In this document: in pieces, positions 8,702-18,369 of the stretch
How positions within the stretch are numbered: the first letter of the stretch is position 1
Layout: each line of letters starts with the position of its first letter
IMG/VR virus record: IMGVR_UViG_3300031994_000063
DNA length: 64,000 nucleotides
Source: a virus
Lineage: Duplodnaviria > Heunggongvirae > Uroviricota > Caudoviricetes
Strand: one strand, 5' to 3'
The notes under the pieces: generated by a model
What the model saw: only the letters and a program-made list of their open reading frames with translations
What the model was told of the DNA's origin: nothing
Database searches by the model: none
Made by a program: the position numbers and the translations under genes

Positions 8702-9270
8702 ATTATGCGCCTATGGGGGAATTAGTAGACCCGTTAGTCTTAGGAACTAATGTTGAAATATACGTATCAGTGCAAGTCTGATTAGGCGTACAAAAGGTGC
8801 TACGACAAGACTGAGGAAGCCAATTTGATAGTGGCGAGTTCGTATAACGCTGTAGTTAAATGGTATTTGAGTAACAGCCTTTATTAATAGGTATAGGTCA
8901 GTAGGCTTGGAAGCAGCCATCTGTTAAAGAGTGACAGTACTCAGTAAGTGGTGAGGTAATATGTTTTATGGGTTTACACCTCGTGCAAAAACCCTAGGTG
9001 CATCTAGATAATTTGGGAGTTGCAAATCCCTAACTGGCGAGAGACGAGAGGTCGAAGTCGGAGAGTCTGGAATATAAGACCGAATGAGGCTCGTGAAGTC
9101 AAGCTAGAGAACCTTTAAAGCCGCTGCTGGACTCTTGGACGAAACAGTAAACGTAAATCGTGAGGCGTAAAGTTAACTGCGCTGTCTTTGGCGTAACAGC
9201 ACACCTGTAACTATTTATTTTTAGTTGATATTTATTATTATTAAATAATAGGTATCAACTTTTTAATATT

Positions 9271-9510
9271 ATGAAACTTTCAGAAAATAGAATAAGACAA
9301 ATCATTAGAGAAACAATTGAAGAAGCAACTTTTGGTAATGTAGACCAGTTTACTCCTTATACACCAGAGGAAAGAGAACAGAACTTTAAAGGATTAGGAA
9401 GGATGGGTAATCCATCCTACGATGCATTTAAGGCTTGGAGAGAAGAGGGATTGAAGAGAGGCATTCCTTCAATACAACTTTCTTGGAACAATTACATCAA
9501 GCAAAAATAA
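9271..9510 (+). CDS. hypothetical protein
   Basis: 79-aa ORF on the coding strand. No motifs recognised. Confidence 0.5.
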   Translation: MKLSENRIRQIIRETIEEATFGNVDQFTPYTPEEREQNFKGLGRMGNPSYDAFKAWREEGLKRGIPSIQLSWNNYIKQK

Positions 9511-9532
9511 TTCTCTAAAAAATGTGAAATAA

Positions 9533-9568
9533 TTTGGCTATTCCAATTTTTTTTCATATATTTGCATT
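9533..9568 (+). promoter_or_regulatory. Bacteroidetes-type promoter upstream of small membrane peptide gene
   Basis: tttggctattccaattttttttcatatatttgcattg. Confidence 0.6.
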
Positions 9569-9586
9569 GTTAAAACGAAAAAACAA

Positions 9587-9757
9587 ATGGGAAGATTACT
9601 ATTTTTCATGTTCGCTACATTAATCATGACACTTATATTTATGACGGTGTTTAGTTTCCTAAGTAGAAAAGGCAATAAGGTTTCAAAAAAAGAAAGTAGA
9701 GAAGCCTTTGAAAAGGATATTGATGATTTAGCTAACAAAATAAAAAATAAACAATAA
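9587..9757 (+). CDS. small membrane peptide (56 aa, one TM helix)
   Basis: MGRLLFFMFATLIMTLIFMTVFSFL... lies directly after the promoter. Below the 60-aa ORF-table cutoff. Confidence 0.5.
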   Translation: MGRLLFFMFATLIMTLIFMTVFSFLSRKGNKVSKKESREAFEKDIDDLANKIKNKQ

Positions 9758-9966
9758 TAAGGTATATCTAATCTGAGAGTAAGTGGGCGATTAGTAGGAA
9801 AAGAATGCGGATGGCGTGAAATAATTAGTTGCGCAACACACGTTGTCTTATAGGTTCTGACTGAAAGTCGCATAGGAATGGGCAAATAGATTGGGTTGGT
9901 ATCGAGTTTGCCAAATGGAAAGAGTTATGCCACCTAAAGTAACTCTTGTGTATCAGATTAAAAAAT

Positions 9967-10621
9967 GCATCCGTAGCTCAATTGGACAGAGCAACGGCCT
10001 TCTATTTAAATTGGATGCATAGGCGAGAAATCCCTATGTAGAATCTCCCTAAAACGGTGGAAGTCCTAGTTAAAATTGAAGACCCTTAGTACTTATAAAG
10101 GAAAGTGGAATACGGTTTCAATGGCTTGCAGCAAACGTAAACTGCATCTGAAACAATAAGGAAGGATAATACCGTGCTAAATTGAATGTAGAGGCGAAAA
10201 AATCTCTAATGAGAATGAAAATACGCTTCAGAAAAGTTAATGATTAAGTATGCTACATTCATAAATGTGTAGAGAGTATATAGGAGATATGAGGGAAATA
10301 CATTGAATACCCTCACATTCTATTCAGATGTATCTGATAAGAATGCCTAAGTTGAAATTAAAGATGGTAGTCCAAACAGGTTAGAATGCGAAGATAAAAG
10401 TAGTATTACTATGGAAGTAGAACGCCAATCTGACTTGCAAGAATTTCAATATGGTAATAATGTATTCCAGACCACAATAAAATTATCAGATTCAAGAAGC
10501 AAATAACCGTGAAATTCGGTCGCGTGTGTATAATCAAAGCTCGCGGAAAAGATGATTTTAGCTATGGTAACATAGTGTGACAGGAAGCCGTAGGTTCTGG
10601 GTTCGAGTCCCAGCGGATGTA
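9967..10621 (+). tRNA. split tRNA-Arg(TCT) interrupted by a ~580-nt intervening sequence (group I-like intron candidate)
   Basis: 5' exon 9967-10003: acceptor gcatccg, D-arm tagctcaattggacagagc, anticodon 5' stem acggc, loop start cttct. 3' exon 10585-10621: aa, anticodon 3' stem gccgt, variable aggtt, T-arm ctggg-ttcgagt-cccag, 3' acceptor cggatgt. All stems complementary. Upstream exon ends in U, intron ends in G. aagatggtagtcc at 10361-10373 resembles the group I S element. Confidence 0.5.
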
Positions 10622-10627
10622 CTAATT

Positions 10628-10716
10628 GACCCTATAAAACGTAATTGGATGACCGTCACTGTCCTCTAAACAGTTCTACCGAGAGGTAGTTGGGGGTTCG
10701 AATCCCTCTAGGGCCA
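10628..10716 (+). tRNA. tRNA-Arg(TCT)-like with long variable arm
   Basis: Acceptor gacccta/tagggcc (6 of 7 bp). Anticodon stem actgt/acagt with loop cctctaa. Variable hairpin ctacc-gag-aggtag. T-arm ggggg-ttcgaat-ccctc. Shares 5' region aaaacgtaattggatgaccgtc with the 11109 gene. Confidence 0.4.
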
Positions 10717-10760
10717 CAACGTATCTAGGAAGCCCAGTTGCGCCTAGCTGCATGTTAGTA

Positions 10761-10913
10761 GGAACGTACAGCAGTTTGATTTAAATTTACAAAACATTTT
10801 TAATTATTAATCAGACTAGACGAAGATAAGAGAAGCGTTAAATAATCATTGCGAGGCACTTATCTATGCTCTTCGGAGCGAATGCCGAGTCAAGGCAGTA
10901 AATTGACCGTTCC
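10761..10913 (+). ncRNA. hairpin-bounded element copy f (ggaacgtacagcag .. cgttcc)
   Basis: Terminal helix. Internal UUCG hairpin gctc-ttcg-gagc. T-tract after the 3' stem. Confidence 0.45.
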
Positions 10914-10946
10914 TTTTTCTTTGAACGCAATTGACACAAAATAAAT

Positions 10947-11101
10947 GGAAACGTACAGCAGTTGACGAATCAAATTACATATTCAACTTAAAATCTCCAT
11001 GATTTTAATTAGGCAAAGGGTCGCATACCGCATTATAATAGCGAATAATAGTAACTAATTGTGATGGTCTGAATAAATGACTAGAATAAACCTACGTTTC
11101 C
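10947..11101 (+). ncRNA. hairpin-bounded element copy g (ggaaacgta cagcag .. tacgtttcc)
   Basis: 9-bp terminal complementarity. T-tract follows. Confidence 0.45.
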
Positions 11102-11108
11102 TTTTTAT

Positions 11109-11197
11109 GTAGAGGTAAAACGTAACTGGATGACCGTCCTAGTCTACGAAACTAGTGTATCGAAAGGTACTTGTGGGTTCGAATCCCACCCTCTATA
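11109..11197 (+). tRNA. tRNA-Arg(ACG)-like with long variable arm
   Basis: Acceptor gtagagg/cctctat. Anticodon stem ctagt/actag with loop ctacgaa. T-arm gtggg-ttcgaat-cccac. Confidence 0.45.
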
Positions 11198-11216
11198 CAA
11201 AATCAAATTTCCAAAT

Positions 11217-11549
11217 ATGATAATAAAAGTAAATACTGACATAGAAATCAATATAACTGAAACATATTTGATAGTTAAAGACAAAAAACTCTATAACACT
11301 GTCACTAAAAAATATGAAGGAGTAGAAGGTGATATTGTTAGTTTTAACTACATCAAAGAAGATGGCAGAAAAAGTGGCTACAAAGGATATGTTGATGGGT
11401 ATACCAATGGAGAAAATATAAAAATAAGAGGTATAAACCAAGTTTTTACACAAATTGGAGATAAAAACGTTGAACATATTTCTAGTGTTACTAGTTATAG
11501 TGATATAACTGATGAAGAAAGAGATATATTAATTGCAGAATCTGCATAA
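11217..11549 (+). CDS. hypothetical protein (start trimmed)
   Basis: Table ORF 11130-11549 begins inside the tRNA. ATG at 11217 (MIIKVNTD...). Confidence 0.5.
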   Translation: MIIKVNTDIEINITETYLIVKDKKLYNTVTKKYEGVEGDIVSFNYIKEDGRKSGYKGYVDGYTNGENIKIRGINQVFTQIGDKNVEHISSVTSYSDITDEERDILIAESA

Positions 11550-11627
11550 TTTTTTTCACTAAAAATTTGGAAATTAAAAAAATTATTTATATATTTGCAT
11601 TGTGAAACTCAATAAACAACGGATACA

Positions 11628-12062
11628 ATGGAAACCTATAGTCCTATTAAGGTAGAAGGTACTGCTTTCTATAAAAACATAAAAAGCATACTTTTCATAC
11701 CAATGAGAAAAATAGAGGAAATGAAAGTTGCTGTTCCGAGAGGAAAATGGTTTTTTTGGAAACTTTTTGGCTTAATTCCATTGATTCCAAAACGTGCAAA
11801 AGAAGACTTGTATAAAGTTGGTTGGGGAGAGGCTTTAATTAGGTTTCAACCACTTAAAAAAGCATATGAACTGAATAATGGATATTGGGAAAGCTTTTTG
11901 AATGAGAACGAGAAAACAGTCTATGCTAAAGCAAAGGTGGTAATCTCTTGTTTGGATTATAGAAATAATGAAACAAAATATTTCACAACAAATCAAGAAG
12001 CAAAAAAATACTTTGATGGCGTTAAAAACAAGTGTAAAGAGTGTGGAAACGGCTTAAAGTAA
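11628..12062 (+). CDS. hypothetical protein
   Basis: 144 aa. Promoter tttggaaattaaaaaaattatttatatatttgcattg upstream. C-terminal CKECGNG. Confidence 0.5.
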   Translation: METYSPIKVEGTAFYKNIKSILFIPMRKIEEMKVAVPRGKWFFWKLFGLIPLIPKRAKEDLYKVGWGEALIRFQPLKKAYELNNGYWESFLNENEKTVYAKAKVVISCLDYRNNETKYFTTNQEAKKYFDGVKNKCKECGNGLK

Positions 12063-12400
12063 AAAAAAAAATAAAAAAAAAAAATACAAAAAATAGAACT
12101 TTTTGAGAGTTAAATAATAATTATAGAAAAATCAATTAAACTTTTATATTATGAATACAACTATTAAAAATATCGTTAATACAATTTCTAATTCATTTGC
12201 GGATAGTAAATGGAACGATACAGTTGTGTTTAACTCAAAGGTTCTAGAACAGCTAGAAGGTGATATGGAGGTTTGAAAGATTATGTAAATAGGCACTTAC
12301 TTCACTATATATTTCCCAAGCTGTTGATGAACTCCAAAAAAAGTAATCAGCAGCTTTTTTATATATTATGGGTTAATGAAAGTTAATTTATTTACAAAAA

Positions 12401-12436
12401 TTTGGATATTAAAAAAATTTTTCGTATCTTTGCAAA
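12401..12436 (+). promoter_or_regulatory. promoter driving tRNA-Phe region
   Basis: tttggatattaaaaaaatttttcgtatctttgcaaaa. The tRNA-like 5' end starts ~12 nt downstream. Confidence 0.55.
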
Positions 12437-12494
12437 AAAGTAAATATTGGGGCTGTAGCTCAAGAGGCTTAAAATATAATGGGCAATAGAATAG

Positions 12495-12570
12495 GTGGGA
12501 GTAGCTGAGACGGTTTAGCGCTGGGTTGAAGCCCCAGGTCTTAACGGTGGTTCGATTCCACCCTCCCACA
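12495..12570 (+). tRNA. tRNA-Phe(GAA)
   Basis: Perfect acceptor gtgggag/ctcccac. Anticodon stem ctggg/cccag with loop ttgaagc. T-arm ggtgg-ttcgatt-ccacc. Confidence 0.65.
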
Positions 12571-12657
12571 CTAGAAATTTCAAAAAAAGTTGGTTCAACT
12601 CTTGAATTTTCCACTTTCTTTTACTATTTATTATATAGATAGTGATTAGAAAAAAAA

Positions 12658-13809
12658 ATGGAAAAAAAAGAAATTGATTTATCAACAGAAGAAAAAAAGA
12701 AAGAGTTTTTTGACATTCTTAATAGTTTTAAAAGTAAAACAAGCGCATGTAAATATCTTGGCGTCCATCACAATCAATATGGATTCGCATATTTAAAAAG
12801 TCTTTCAGAAAAAGTTGGTTTTGACTTAAATTTTTATTCTGAAACTAGAAAAGTTAATAGTAAGATATGTTTACATTGTGGTAAAGAATTTATTCCTAAA
12901 GATAAAATTCAAAAATTTTGTTCGCAATCATGTAGTGCTTCTTATAACAATAAGAGAAGAAATATAGAAAATACAGAATCTAGAAGAAAGCAAAGCGAAA
13001 GTCTAAAAAAATATTATAAAGAGCATCCAAAAGAGGCAAAAAATGGTTTTCGATGGATAGATGGCAAAAAGACAAGAATAGAGCCTAAAAGATGCCCAAT
13101 ATGTGGAAGTATTGATTGCGAAAGAAGGGGTATATGCAAGCATATGAAAAAGTTCTTTGAAAATCTTGTGTATTTTGGATTCGATGTCAAATGTTTAGGC
13201 ACAAATAAGGTATTTGAAGAATACGAAAGAATAAAGAAGTTATTAGAAGAAGAATATTTCAATAATCATTTATCTCCTTCAGATTTAAAAGAAAAATACC
13301 ATTACCCCAAAACATTTGAGAATATAACTCAATTGTTAAAAACAATGGGGTTTAAAACTAGAAATCTTTCAACTTGTCAAACAAATGCTATTCTAGTTGG
13401 AAAGCATATTTTACCAACATCTGAACATGAACTTAAGATGGGATTCAAACAAGGATGGCACACGACATGGGATGGTAAAAAGATATTCTATAGAAGTGGT
13501 GCAGAACTGAAATATGCTGAATTACTTGATGAAAGTAAAACGCCATATGAAGTGGAGGAATTAAGAATTGAATATTATGATACTGTGAAGGGATGCAATA
13601 GAGTGGCGATACCAGATTTTTTATTAACTGATACTAATGAAATTATTGAGGTTAAGTCAAGAATAACATTCTGCAAGCAGAATATGATAGACAAGTTCCA
13701 AAAATATAAAGAATTAGGATATAAACCTAAGTTATTATATGAAGGAATAATGTACAATGAAGAAGAAATGAAAAGTATTAAAGAATTTGATTTCCTTATA
13801 TCTCATTAA
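12658..13809 (+). CDS. zinc-finger protein with C-terminal Vsr/DUF559-like PD-(D/E)xK nuclease domain (homing-endonuclease-like)
   Basis: N-terminal CLHCGKEF..CSQSC and CPICGSIDCERRGICKHM. C-terminal VAIPDFLLTDTNEIIEVKS ... LGYKPKLLY matches the D..E.K nuclease core. Confidence 0.5.
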   Translation: MEKKEIDLSTEEKKKEFFDILNSFKSKTSACKYLGVHHNQYGFAYLKSLSEKVGFDLNFYSETRKVNSKICLHCGKEFIPKDKIQKFCSQSCSASYNNKRRNIENTESRRKQSESLKKYYKEHPKEAKNGFRWIDGKKTRIEPKRCPICGSIDCERRGICKHMKKFFENLVYFGFDVKCLGTNKVFEEYERIKKLLEEEYFNNHLSPSDLKEKYHYPKTFENITQLLKTMGFKTRNLSTCQTNAILVGKHILPTSEHELKMGFKQGWHTTWDGKKIFYRSGAELKYAELLDESKTPYEVEELRIEYYDTVKGCNRVAIPDFLLTDTNEIIEVKSRITFCKQNMIDKFQKYKELGYKPKLLYEGIMYNEEEMKSIKEFDFLISH

Positions 13810-14047
13810 AACCAAAGACCCTTGTTCAACTCAAGGTCGCGGAACGAAAATGAATATAAAATAAAAAACTAGGTAATAACAATGCGTGAATTTGGTTTTT
13901 AAAAGGTCATTTGAATAGCAAACGCTGAGTTTCTGTGACTCCATTTCTAGAATGGAAGAGATTAATTGCTAAGACCGTTGCAACGCCAATATTTAGCAAG
14001 CAACTCTGTGCGTAACTTCCGATAAGAGCGGAGACCTAGTTTAATAA

Positions 14048-14120
14048 TGCCGTGTTAGCTCAGTTGGTAGAGCGTCACCCTTGTAATGTGAATGTCGTGG
14101 GTTCGAATCCCTCACACGGC
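14048..14120 (+). tRNA. tRNA-Thr(TGT)
   Basis: Acceptor gccgtgt/acacggc. D-arm tagctcagttggtagagc. Anticodon loop cttgtaa. T-loop ttcgaat. Confidence 0.55.
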
Positions 14121-14223
14121 TCAAAAAATATGGTCTATTCGTTCAAAAGTTAGGATGTGGCCCTGTCACGGCCAAGAAAACGGGGCAGTACCGTTATAGA
14201 CCGCCATAACTAGTAAATTATAA

Positions 14224-14335
14224 ATGGATGCGTGTAAGGACTCCTCTGGGGAGTGACCATCTGAGTTGCGCGATGGGGGGCGTTACACCCATGACGATGG
14301 TAATTAAATCATAGGTTCGAATCCTATTGCATCCA
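14224..14335 (+). ncRNA. tRNA-like with ~40-nt internal insertion
   Basis: Acceptor tggatgc/gcatcca. T-arm atagg-ttcgaat-cctat. Total 112 nt. Confidence 0.35.
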
Positions 14336-14637
14336 CAAATGCTTGAAAATGAGTTTGGAGCAGTTAAAAAGGTGTGTGAAGCTCTAAATTAGTAGTTAGG
14401 TGGTGTTATGTATGTGCTCTCGAAAGATTGAGCTGACTTAAAATTGGTTAATGAATATGAAACAATTTCTCATTTTACTAGCATCAATAAAAGGTGTTCA
14501 AAAAAACGTAGTTCGAAATGCGTTGAAGTAGATTAAATGTGGAAAGTCGTACCCTTCCGAGCAGACGTGTTTTCCACGCCTAGTTTGGGTTAAAGTGGGC
14601 GAGAGATTTACGCCTCCAACACAGCATCTTTTTTATA

Positions 14638-14714
14638 CTGGGATGAAGCTTAAGTAGTATACAGCATCGGCCTGTTAAGCCGAGGACAGTGGGTGCAAGT
14701 CCCACCATCCCAGC
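14638..14714 (+). tRNA. tRNA-Asn(GTT)
   Basis: Acceptor ctgggat/atcccag. Anticodon stem tcggc/gccga with loop ctgttaa. T-arm gtggg-tgcaagt-cccac. Confidence 0.55.
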
Positions 14715-14982
14715 AATGCGTACCCAGACGTGGGACTAAAACAACATCCAAAGATGTACATATGGGTGACTAGGGTTGTTAAACTGTGAAGTGGGACGAA
14801 GTAACCCACAACGTTAACCATACGTCCGTTCAAGGTAGCAGTCATTTTACCTAGTCGTGTGCAAGCCTTTCATCTACGATAGTGATGAGGCAGTAGGGGT
14901 TGCATGTTCCAAGGCTGGCGATGGACCTTTGCAAGGTTCGTGGGAGAGTTCGATTCTCTTCAGCTCCACAAGGTAGAAAAAT

Positions 14983-15070
14983 GGAAGGGTGGCAGAGTGA
15001 TTTATTGCACAGCTCTTGAAAAGCTGCGAACGTGATGAGCGTTCCGAGGGTTTGAATCCCTCTCCTTCCT
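14983..15070 (+). tRNA. tRNA-Ser(TGA), class II
   Basis: Acceptor ggaaggg/tccttcc. Anticodon stem cagct/agctg with loop cttgaaa. Long variable hairpin gaacg..cgttc. T-arm gaggg-tttgaat-ccctc. Confidence 0.65.
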
Positions 15071-15103
15071 CGACAACGGTATTATAAAAAAAAATGAAAT
15101 GTT

Positions 15104-15535
15104 ATGCTTGAAGATAGAAGTAGTTTATTTGTAATAGTATCGTTTGGTGATTGTGGTACTAGGTTCTTTCACGCATACGAGCCCAAAAATGGGGTGCATC
15201 TTGGCAGAGTTATAGTTGACACTAAAAATGTTGAGTATGAAAGATACAAGCATTTATGTAACGGAAACAAACTAGCCAAAATCGTCAGAGTTGAAACAAA
15301 TCGTGAATATTGCGGTTTGGGTGTTGCAACAGAACTACTGAAAGAGGTGATTAGGGTATATAAAGACTATAATCTCTATCTTTTATGCCATCCAATGCCT
15401 AGAGGGCATTATGACGAATCACATAAGACGGTAAAAGATTTAAGGCAATTCTATGGTAAGTTGGGGTTTGTTCCTTGTGGGGAATTATTGCCGACAATGA
15501 TAAGAAAAGCATCCCTTCCAACATTAGGGGAGTAA
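15104..15535 (+). CDS. GNAT family N-acetyltransferase
   Basis: REYCGLGVATELLKEV matches GNAT motif A (R/Q-x-x-G-x-G/A). FYGKLGFVPCGE matches motif B. Confidence 0.6.
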   Translation: MLEDRSSLFVIVSFGDCGTRFFHAYEPKNGVHLGRVIVDTKNVEYERYKHLCNGNKLAKIVRVETNREYCGLGVATELLKEVIRVYKDYNLYLLCHPMPRGHYDESHKTVKDLRQFYGKLGFVPCGELLPTMIRKASLPTLGE

Positions 15536-15564
15536 CAAATATAGTTGGTGGCGGTTGATATAAA

Positions 15565-15876
15565 ATGACTAAAAAACAATTTGATTGGTTAAGGAATCAT
15601 CAACCATTTGAGGTAAGGTATGTTGAACGTTATGATGGCACGTGGGTTGGTGGATGCCATATTCGTAGTGCAAGTTTTATTGGTGAATATCTTGAAGTCA
15701 AAGGTGTAAGCCATTACTATGACACACACGAAAGTAGTGGGTTTAAAGAAAAGATGATAGAATCAAAAGTTCATCGTAAAGACATACGTAAAATAAAATA
15801 TTACAAAGGAATACTAACGGAGTATTATAATACCGAAGGAAACAGCAAGGGTAATAGCTTGAAAAAGTTATCGTAG
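15565..15876 (+). CDS. hypothetical protein
   Basis: 103-aa ORF. No motifs recognised. Confidence 0.45.
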   Translation: MTKKQFDWLRNHQPFEVRYVERYDGTWVGGCHIRSASFIGEYLEVKGVSHYYDTHESSGFKEKMIESKVHRKDIRKIKYYKGILTEYYNTEGNSKGNSLKKLS

Positions 15877-15963
15877 GCAACCACAAGTCGATAATTAAAG
15901 AGTGGGATGTTAAAGACGCTCCTTGTAGAGTTGTACGAGATAGTGGAATGTAGGTATTTAAAT

Positions 15964-16037
15964 AGTGGTGTATATCAGTTGGTCAGATTGTCATCCTGAT
16001 AAGATGAAGGTCGTAGGTTCAAGTCCTACCATCACTA
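15964..16037 (+). tRNA. tRNA-Ile(GAT)
   Basis: Acceptor agtggtg/catcact. Anticodon stem tcatc/gatga with loop ctgataa. T-arm gtagg-ttcaagt-cctac. Confidence 0.6.
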
Positions 16038-16049
16038 CTACAATAATAA

Positions 16050-16136
16050 GGAGGGTTGGGTGAGTGGCTTATACCGCCTCTCTGCTAAAGAGGTGTACCT
16101 TCAATGGTACCAGTGGTTCGAATCCACTACCCTCCG
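16050..16136 (+). tRNA. tRNA-Ser(GCT), class II
   Basis: Acceptor ggagggt/accctcc. Anticodon stem cctct/agagg with loop ctgctaa. Variable hairpin gtacc..ggtac. T-arm agtgg-ttcgaat-ccact. Confidence 0.65.
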
Positions 16137-16458
16137 CATTTCCCAGTTAGTTCTCTGGGCTGTTCTTAATTGAGCGAACAAAAGACGTAGATGTTGGTCC
16201 TATCGAGGAAGAAAAAAGGAAATGTGAAGGGCTGAAAGGGCGGTACTAATTCACCTTCTAGTAAAATAGAGATTGGGAGCGAGTATAATGCGTGTAGGTA
16301 GGCAACATCTTATTTATTTAATTTCGTTAAAACAAGGAGGTAGAGTATGACAGAAGTATTATTGACTGGGCTTCTCTTCTGCGTATATAGGAGAGTAGAA
16401 AATAAATTGGATAAAATTGACGGAGTGTAACTTGGCATAAAAAATATATGTCAATTAT

Positions 16459-16854
16459 TTGGGAAAGCGGAATCCTAACATATTTAATGAGTTTAATGTT
16501 ATGAGTACAGCATTGGGTTGGATTTTTTGGATTTTTTGGGCTATTGGTATTATTGATATATACTTGGGTCTATATTTTGTTTGGGCAAAAAAATACCAAG
16601 ATAATCATAGAAAAATATTAATGGGTTGGCTATTAATGATAATAGGATTAATGTTTAATAGCATTGCTGCATTAATAGAATTTAAATGGTTTGTTTTTGC
16701 TTTAAGTATTGTTGCTATTTTACTTGATTATGATGTATATAAAACAAAGAAAAAAGAATTTGGCGTGAAAGAGAATGATATGAGAGAGTTATTTCTTAAT
16801 GAAATTGCCGAATACAAATTTAAATTAGATAGAAAAAGATTTAAAATAATATGA
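16459..16854 (+). CDS. multi-pass membrane protein
   Basis: 131 aa. Several hydrophobic helices (WIFWIFWAIGIIDIYLGLYFVW; LLMIIGLMFNSIAALI; FVFALSIVAILL). Confidence 0.5.
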   Translation: MGKRNPNIFNEFNVMSTALGWIFWIFWAIGIIDIYLGLYFVWAKKYQDNHRKILMGWLLMIIGLMFNSIAALIEFKWFVFALSIVAILLDYDVYKTKKKEFGVKENDMRELFLNEIAEYKFKLDRKRFKII

Positions 16855-17096
16855 TTTTGAATGATATTAAGCCTTTGGTAAAAGGTATTGCTCAATTGCA
16901 GTATATTATGGCTGGCGGTATTGCCGTATATCACATCACTGATGTGGATGGTAACAAATATCAACTAGAGATTGACCTTTCTGACAAGAAAGATGTTGGC
17001 GAAACCGCTGCATTTAAACCAACTGAGAAAGGATTACTCCTTATGAGGTGGATTAGAAGGGCAAACGAAAATGACACACTAATCAAAATTAAGTAA
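16851..17096 (+). CDS. hypothetical protein
   Basis: 81 aa. Start overlaps the stop of the upstream gene (ATGA). Confidence 0.45.
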   Translation: MILNDIKPLVKGIAQLQYIMAGGIAVYHITDVDGNKYQLEIDLSDKKDVGETAAFKPTEKGLLLMRWIRRANENDTLIKIK

Positions 17097-17154
17097 TATG
17101 GCTGACGGAATATGATAAAAATATTGGCAACTATATACAATTAGACCCACAATT

Positions 17155-17397
17155 ATGATTAATTATTTTATAGCATTTAATGAATTATCACATGATGTAA
17201 GAGAACCATTAGGGGCTTGGGCATCTGCTATGGGTTATTACCATAATTCTAATTCAGCAAAAATCAGAGCAAAAGAGTTAGAACAAATAGGATATAAAAA
17301 TGTAACTGTATTTAAACATGATGGATATAACCCTTATGATAAAGTAATGACTCGTTGCGTGAGTTGGGATTATGTTTTAAAAAATAAGGTCAAATAA
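17155..17397 (+). CDS. hypothetical protein
   Basis: 80-aa ORF. No motifs recognised. Confidence 0.45.
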   Translation: MINYFIAFNELSHDVREPLGAWASAMGYYHNSNSAKIRAKELEQIGYKNVTVFKHDGYNPYDKVMTRCVSWDYVLKNKVK

Positions 17398-17616
17398 TAT
17401 ATAATTACCAAAATATTTACTCTAGAAGAAGATTTAAAAAAATAAATAAACGTATGAGAAAGATAAAGTGCATAAAACGTAAGAAACAGATGTAACGCTC
17501 TGTTTGCAACCAACACCGTTGGGCAAGGAGCGTTATGGATAAGATATAGAAATGCTCCTATAGCTTAATGGTAGAGCTGTGGCCTCTTTTAACTATAGGT
17601 AAAAATAGTAGAAATT

Positions 17617-17688
17617 GCGCTCATAGCTCAGAAGTAGAGCACTAGTCTTTTAAACTAGGAGTCGAGGTGGCGGAATCCTCTGGGCGCA
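17617..17688 (+). tRNA. tRNA-Lys(TTT) (non-canonical T-loop)
   Basis: Acceptor gcgctca/tgggcgc. D-arm tagctcagaagtagagc. Anticodon stem ctagt/actag with loop cttttaa. Confidence 0.5.
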
Positions 17689-17696
17689 CAATATTT

Positions 17697-17771
17697 GCGT
17701 TTGTGGCAGAGTGGTTTTATGCACCAGACTTTTAATCTGCGACTACGTGGGTTCGATTCCCACCAGACGCA
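17697..17771 (+). tRNA. tRNA-Lys(TTT)-like
   Basis: Acceptor gcgtttg/cagacgc. Anticodon stem ccaga/tctgc with loop cttttaa. T-arm gtggg-ttcgatt-cccac. Confidence 0.45.
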
Positions 17772-17777
17772 CTTAAT

Positions 17778-17849
17778 TCCCTCATAGCTCAGAAGTAGAG
17801 CACGTGTCTCTTAAACATGGGGTCGAGATTGCAAAATTCTCTGGGGGAA
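17778..17849 (+). tRNA. tRNA-Lys(CTT)
   Basis: Acceptor tccctca/tggggga. Anticodon stem cgtgt/acatg with loop ctcttaa. Confidence 0.5.
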
Positions 17850-17864
17850 CAAAAACATAACGTT

Positions 17865-18284
17865 ATGAAATATGAAATTGGAAAAACAGTAGATTTCAAT
17901 TGGGAGATATGGGAATATTACTGTAATACTGATTTACAGTATGAAGGAACTGAACGTCTTACTGGTAAGATAGAATCTTATGATGAAGAAAAACAATCTT
18001 ATTCAATAAGAGTTGGAGGGATTTTATACGAGGGCGTGAAAGAGCATGATATTATTAATAAAGCCGCTGAGTTCAAACATAATCTCATAGATAAGAAAAT
18101 TGAGATTGCCAATGCAGCATTGAAAATGAGGGATGCACTGTGGGGTATGGACCATCCAGCGCATAGGAAAGAATGCTCTGAAGAGTATGGCAAATACCGT
18201 GAAAAAATATATGACCTTATGTTTGAGTATGATGATTTAGAAGATAAATATATTATGCTTGGTGGAGAAAAAGAAACCTATTGA
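17865..18284 (+). CDS. hypothetical protein (start trimmed out of tRNA)
   Basis: ATG at 17865 (MKYEIGK...). The table ORF start at 17817 lies inside tRNA-Lys. Confidence 0.5.
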   Translation: MKYEIGKTVDFNWEIWEYYCNTDLQYEGTERLTGKIESYDEEKQSYSIRVGGILYEGVKEHDIINKAAEFKHNLIDKKIEIANAALKMRDALWGMDHPAHRKECSEEYGKYREKIYDLMFEYDDLEDKYIMLGGEKETY

Positions 18285-18295
18285 TATAACGCCTA

Positions 18296-18369
18296 TTTAG
18301 TATATCGGTTATTACACATGGTTCGTAATCTTGAGAGAGTGGTTCGATTCCACTAGTAGGCTCGATACT
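18296..18369 (+). tRNA. tRNA-Thr(CGT)?
   Basis: Acceptor gcctatt/agtaggc. T-arm agtgg-ttcgatt-ccact. Anticodon loop ttcgtaa with one stem mismatch. Confidence 0.4.

Noticed and set aside
8702-9200. RNase P RNA or tmRNA
   Set aside because: I could not find the conserved P4 GGAAAGUCCGG-type motif, a tmRNA tRNA-like end or a tag reading frame. It is left as an unassigned ORF-free segment.
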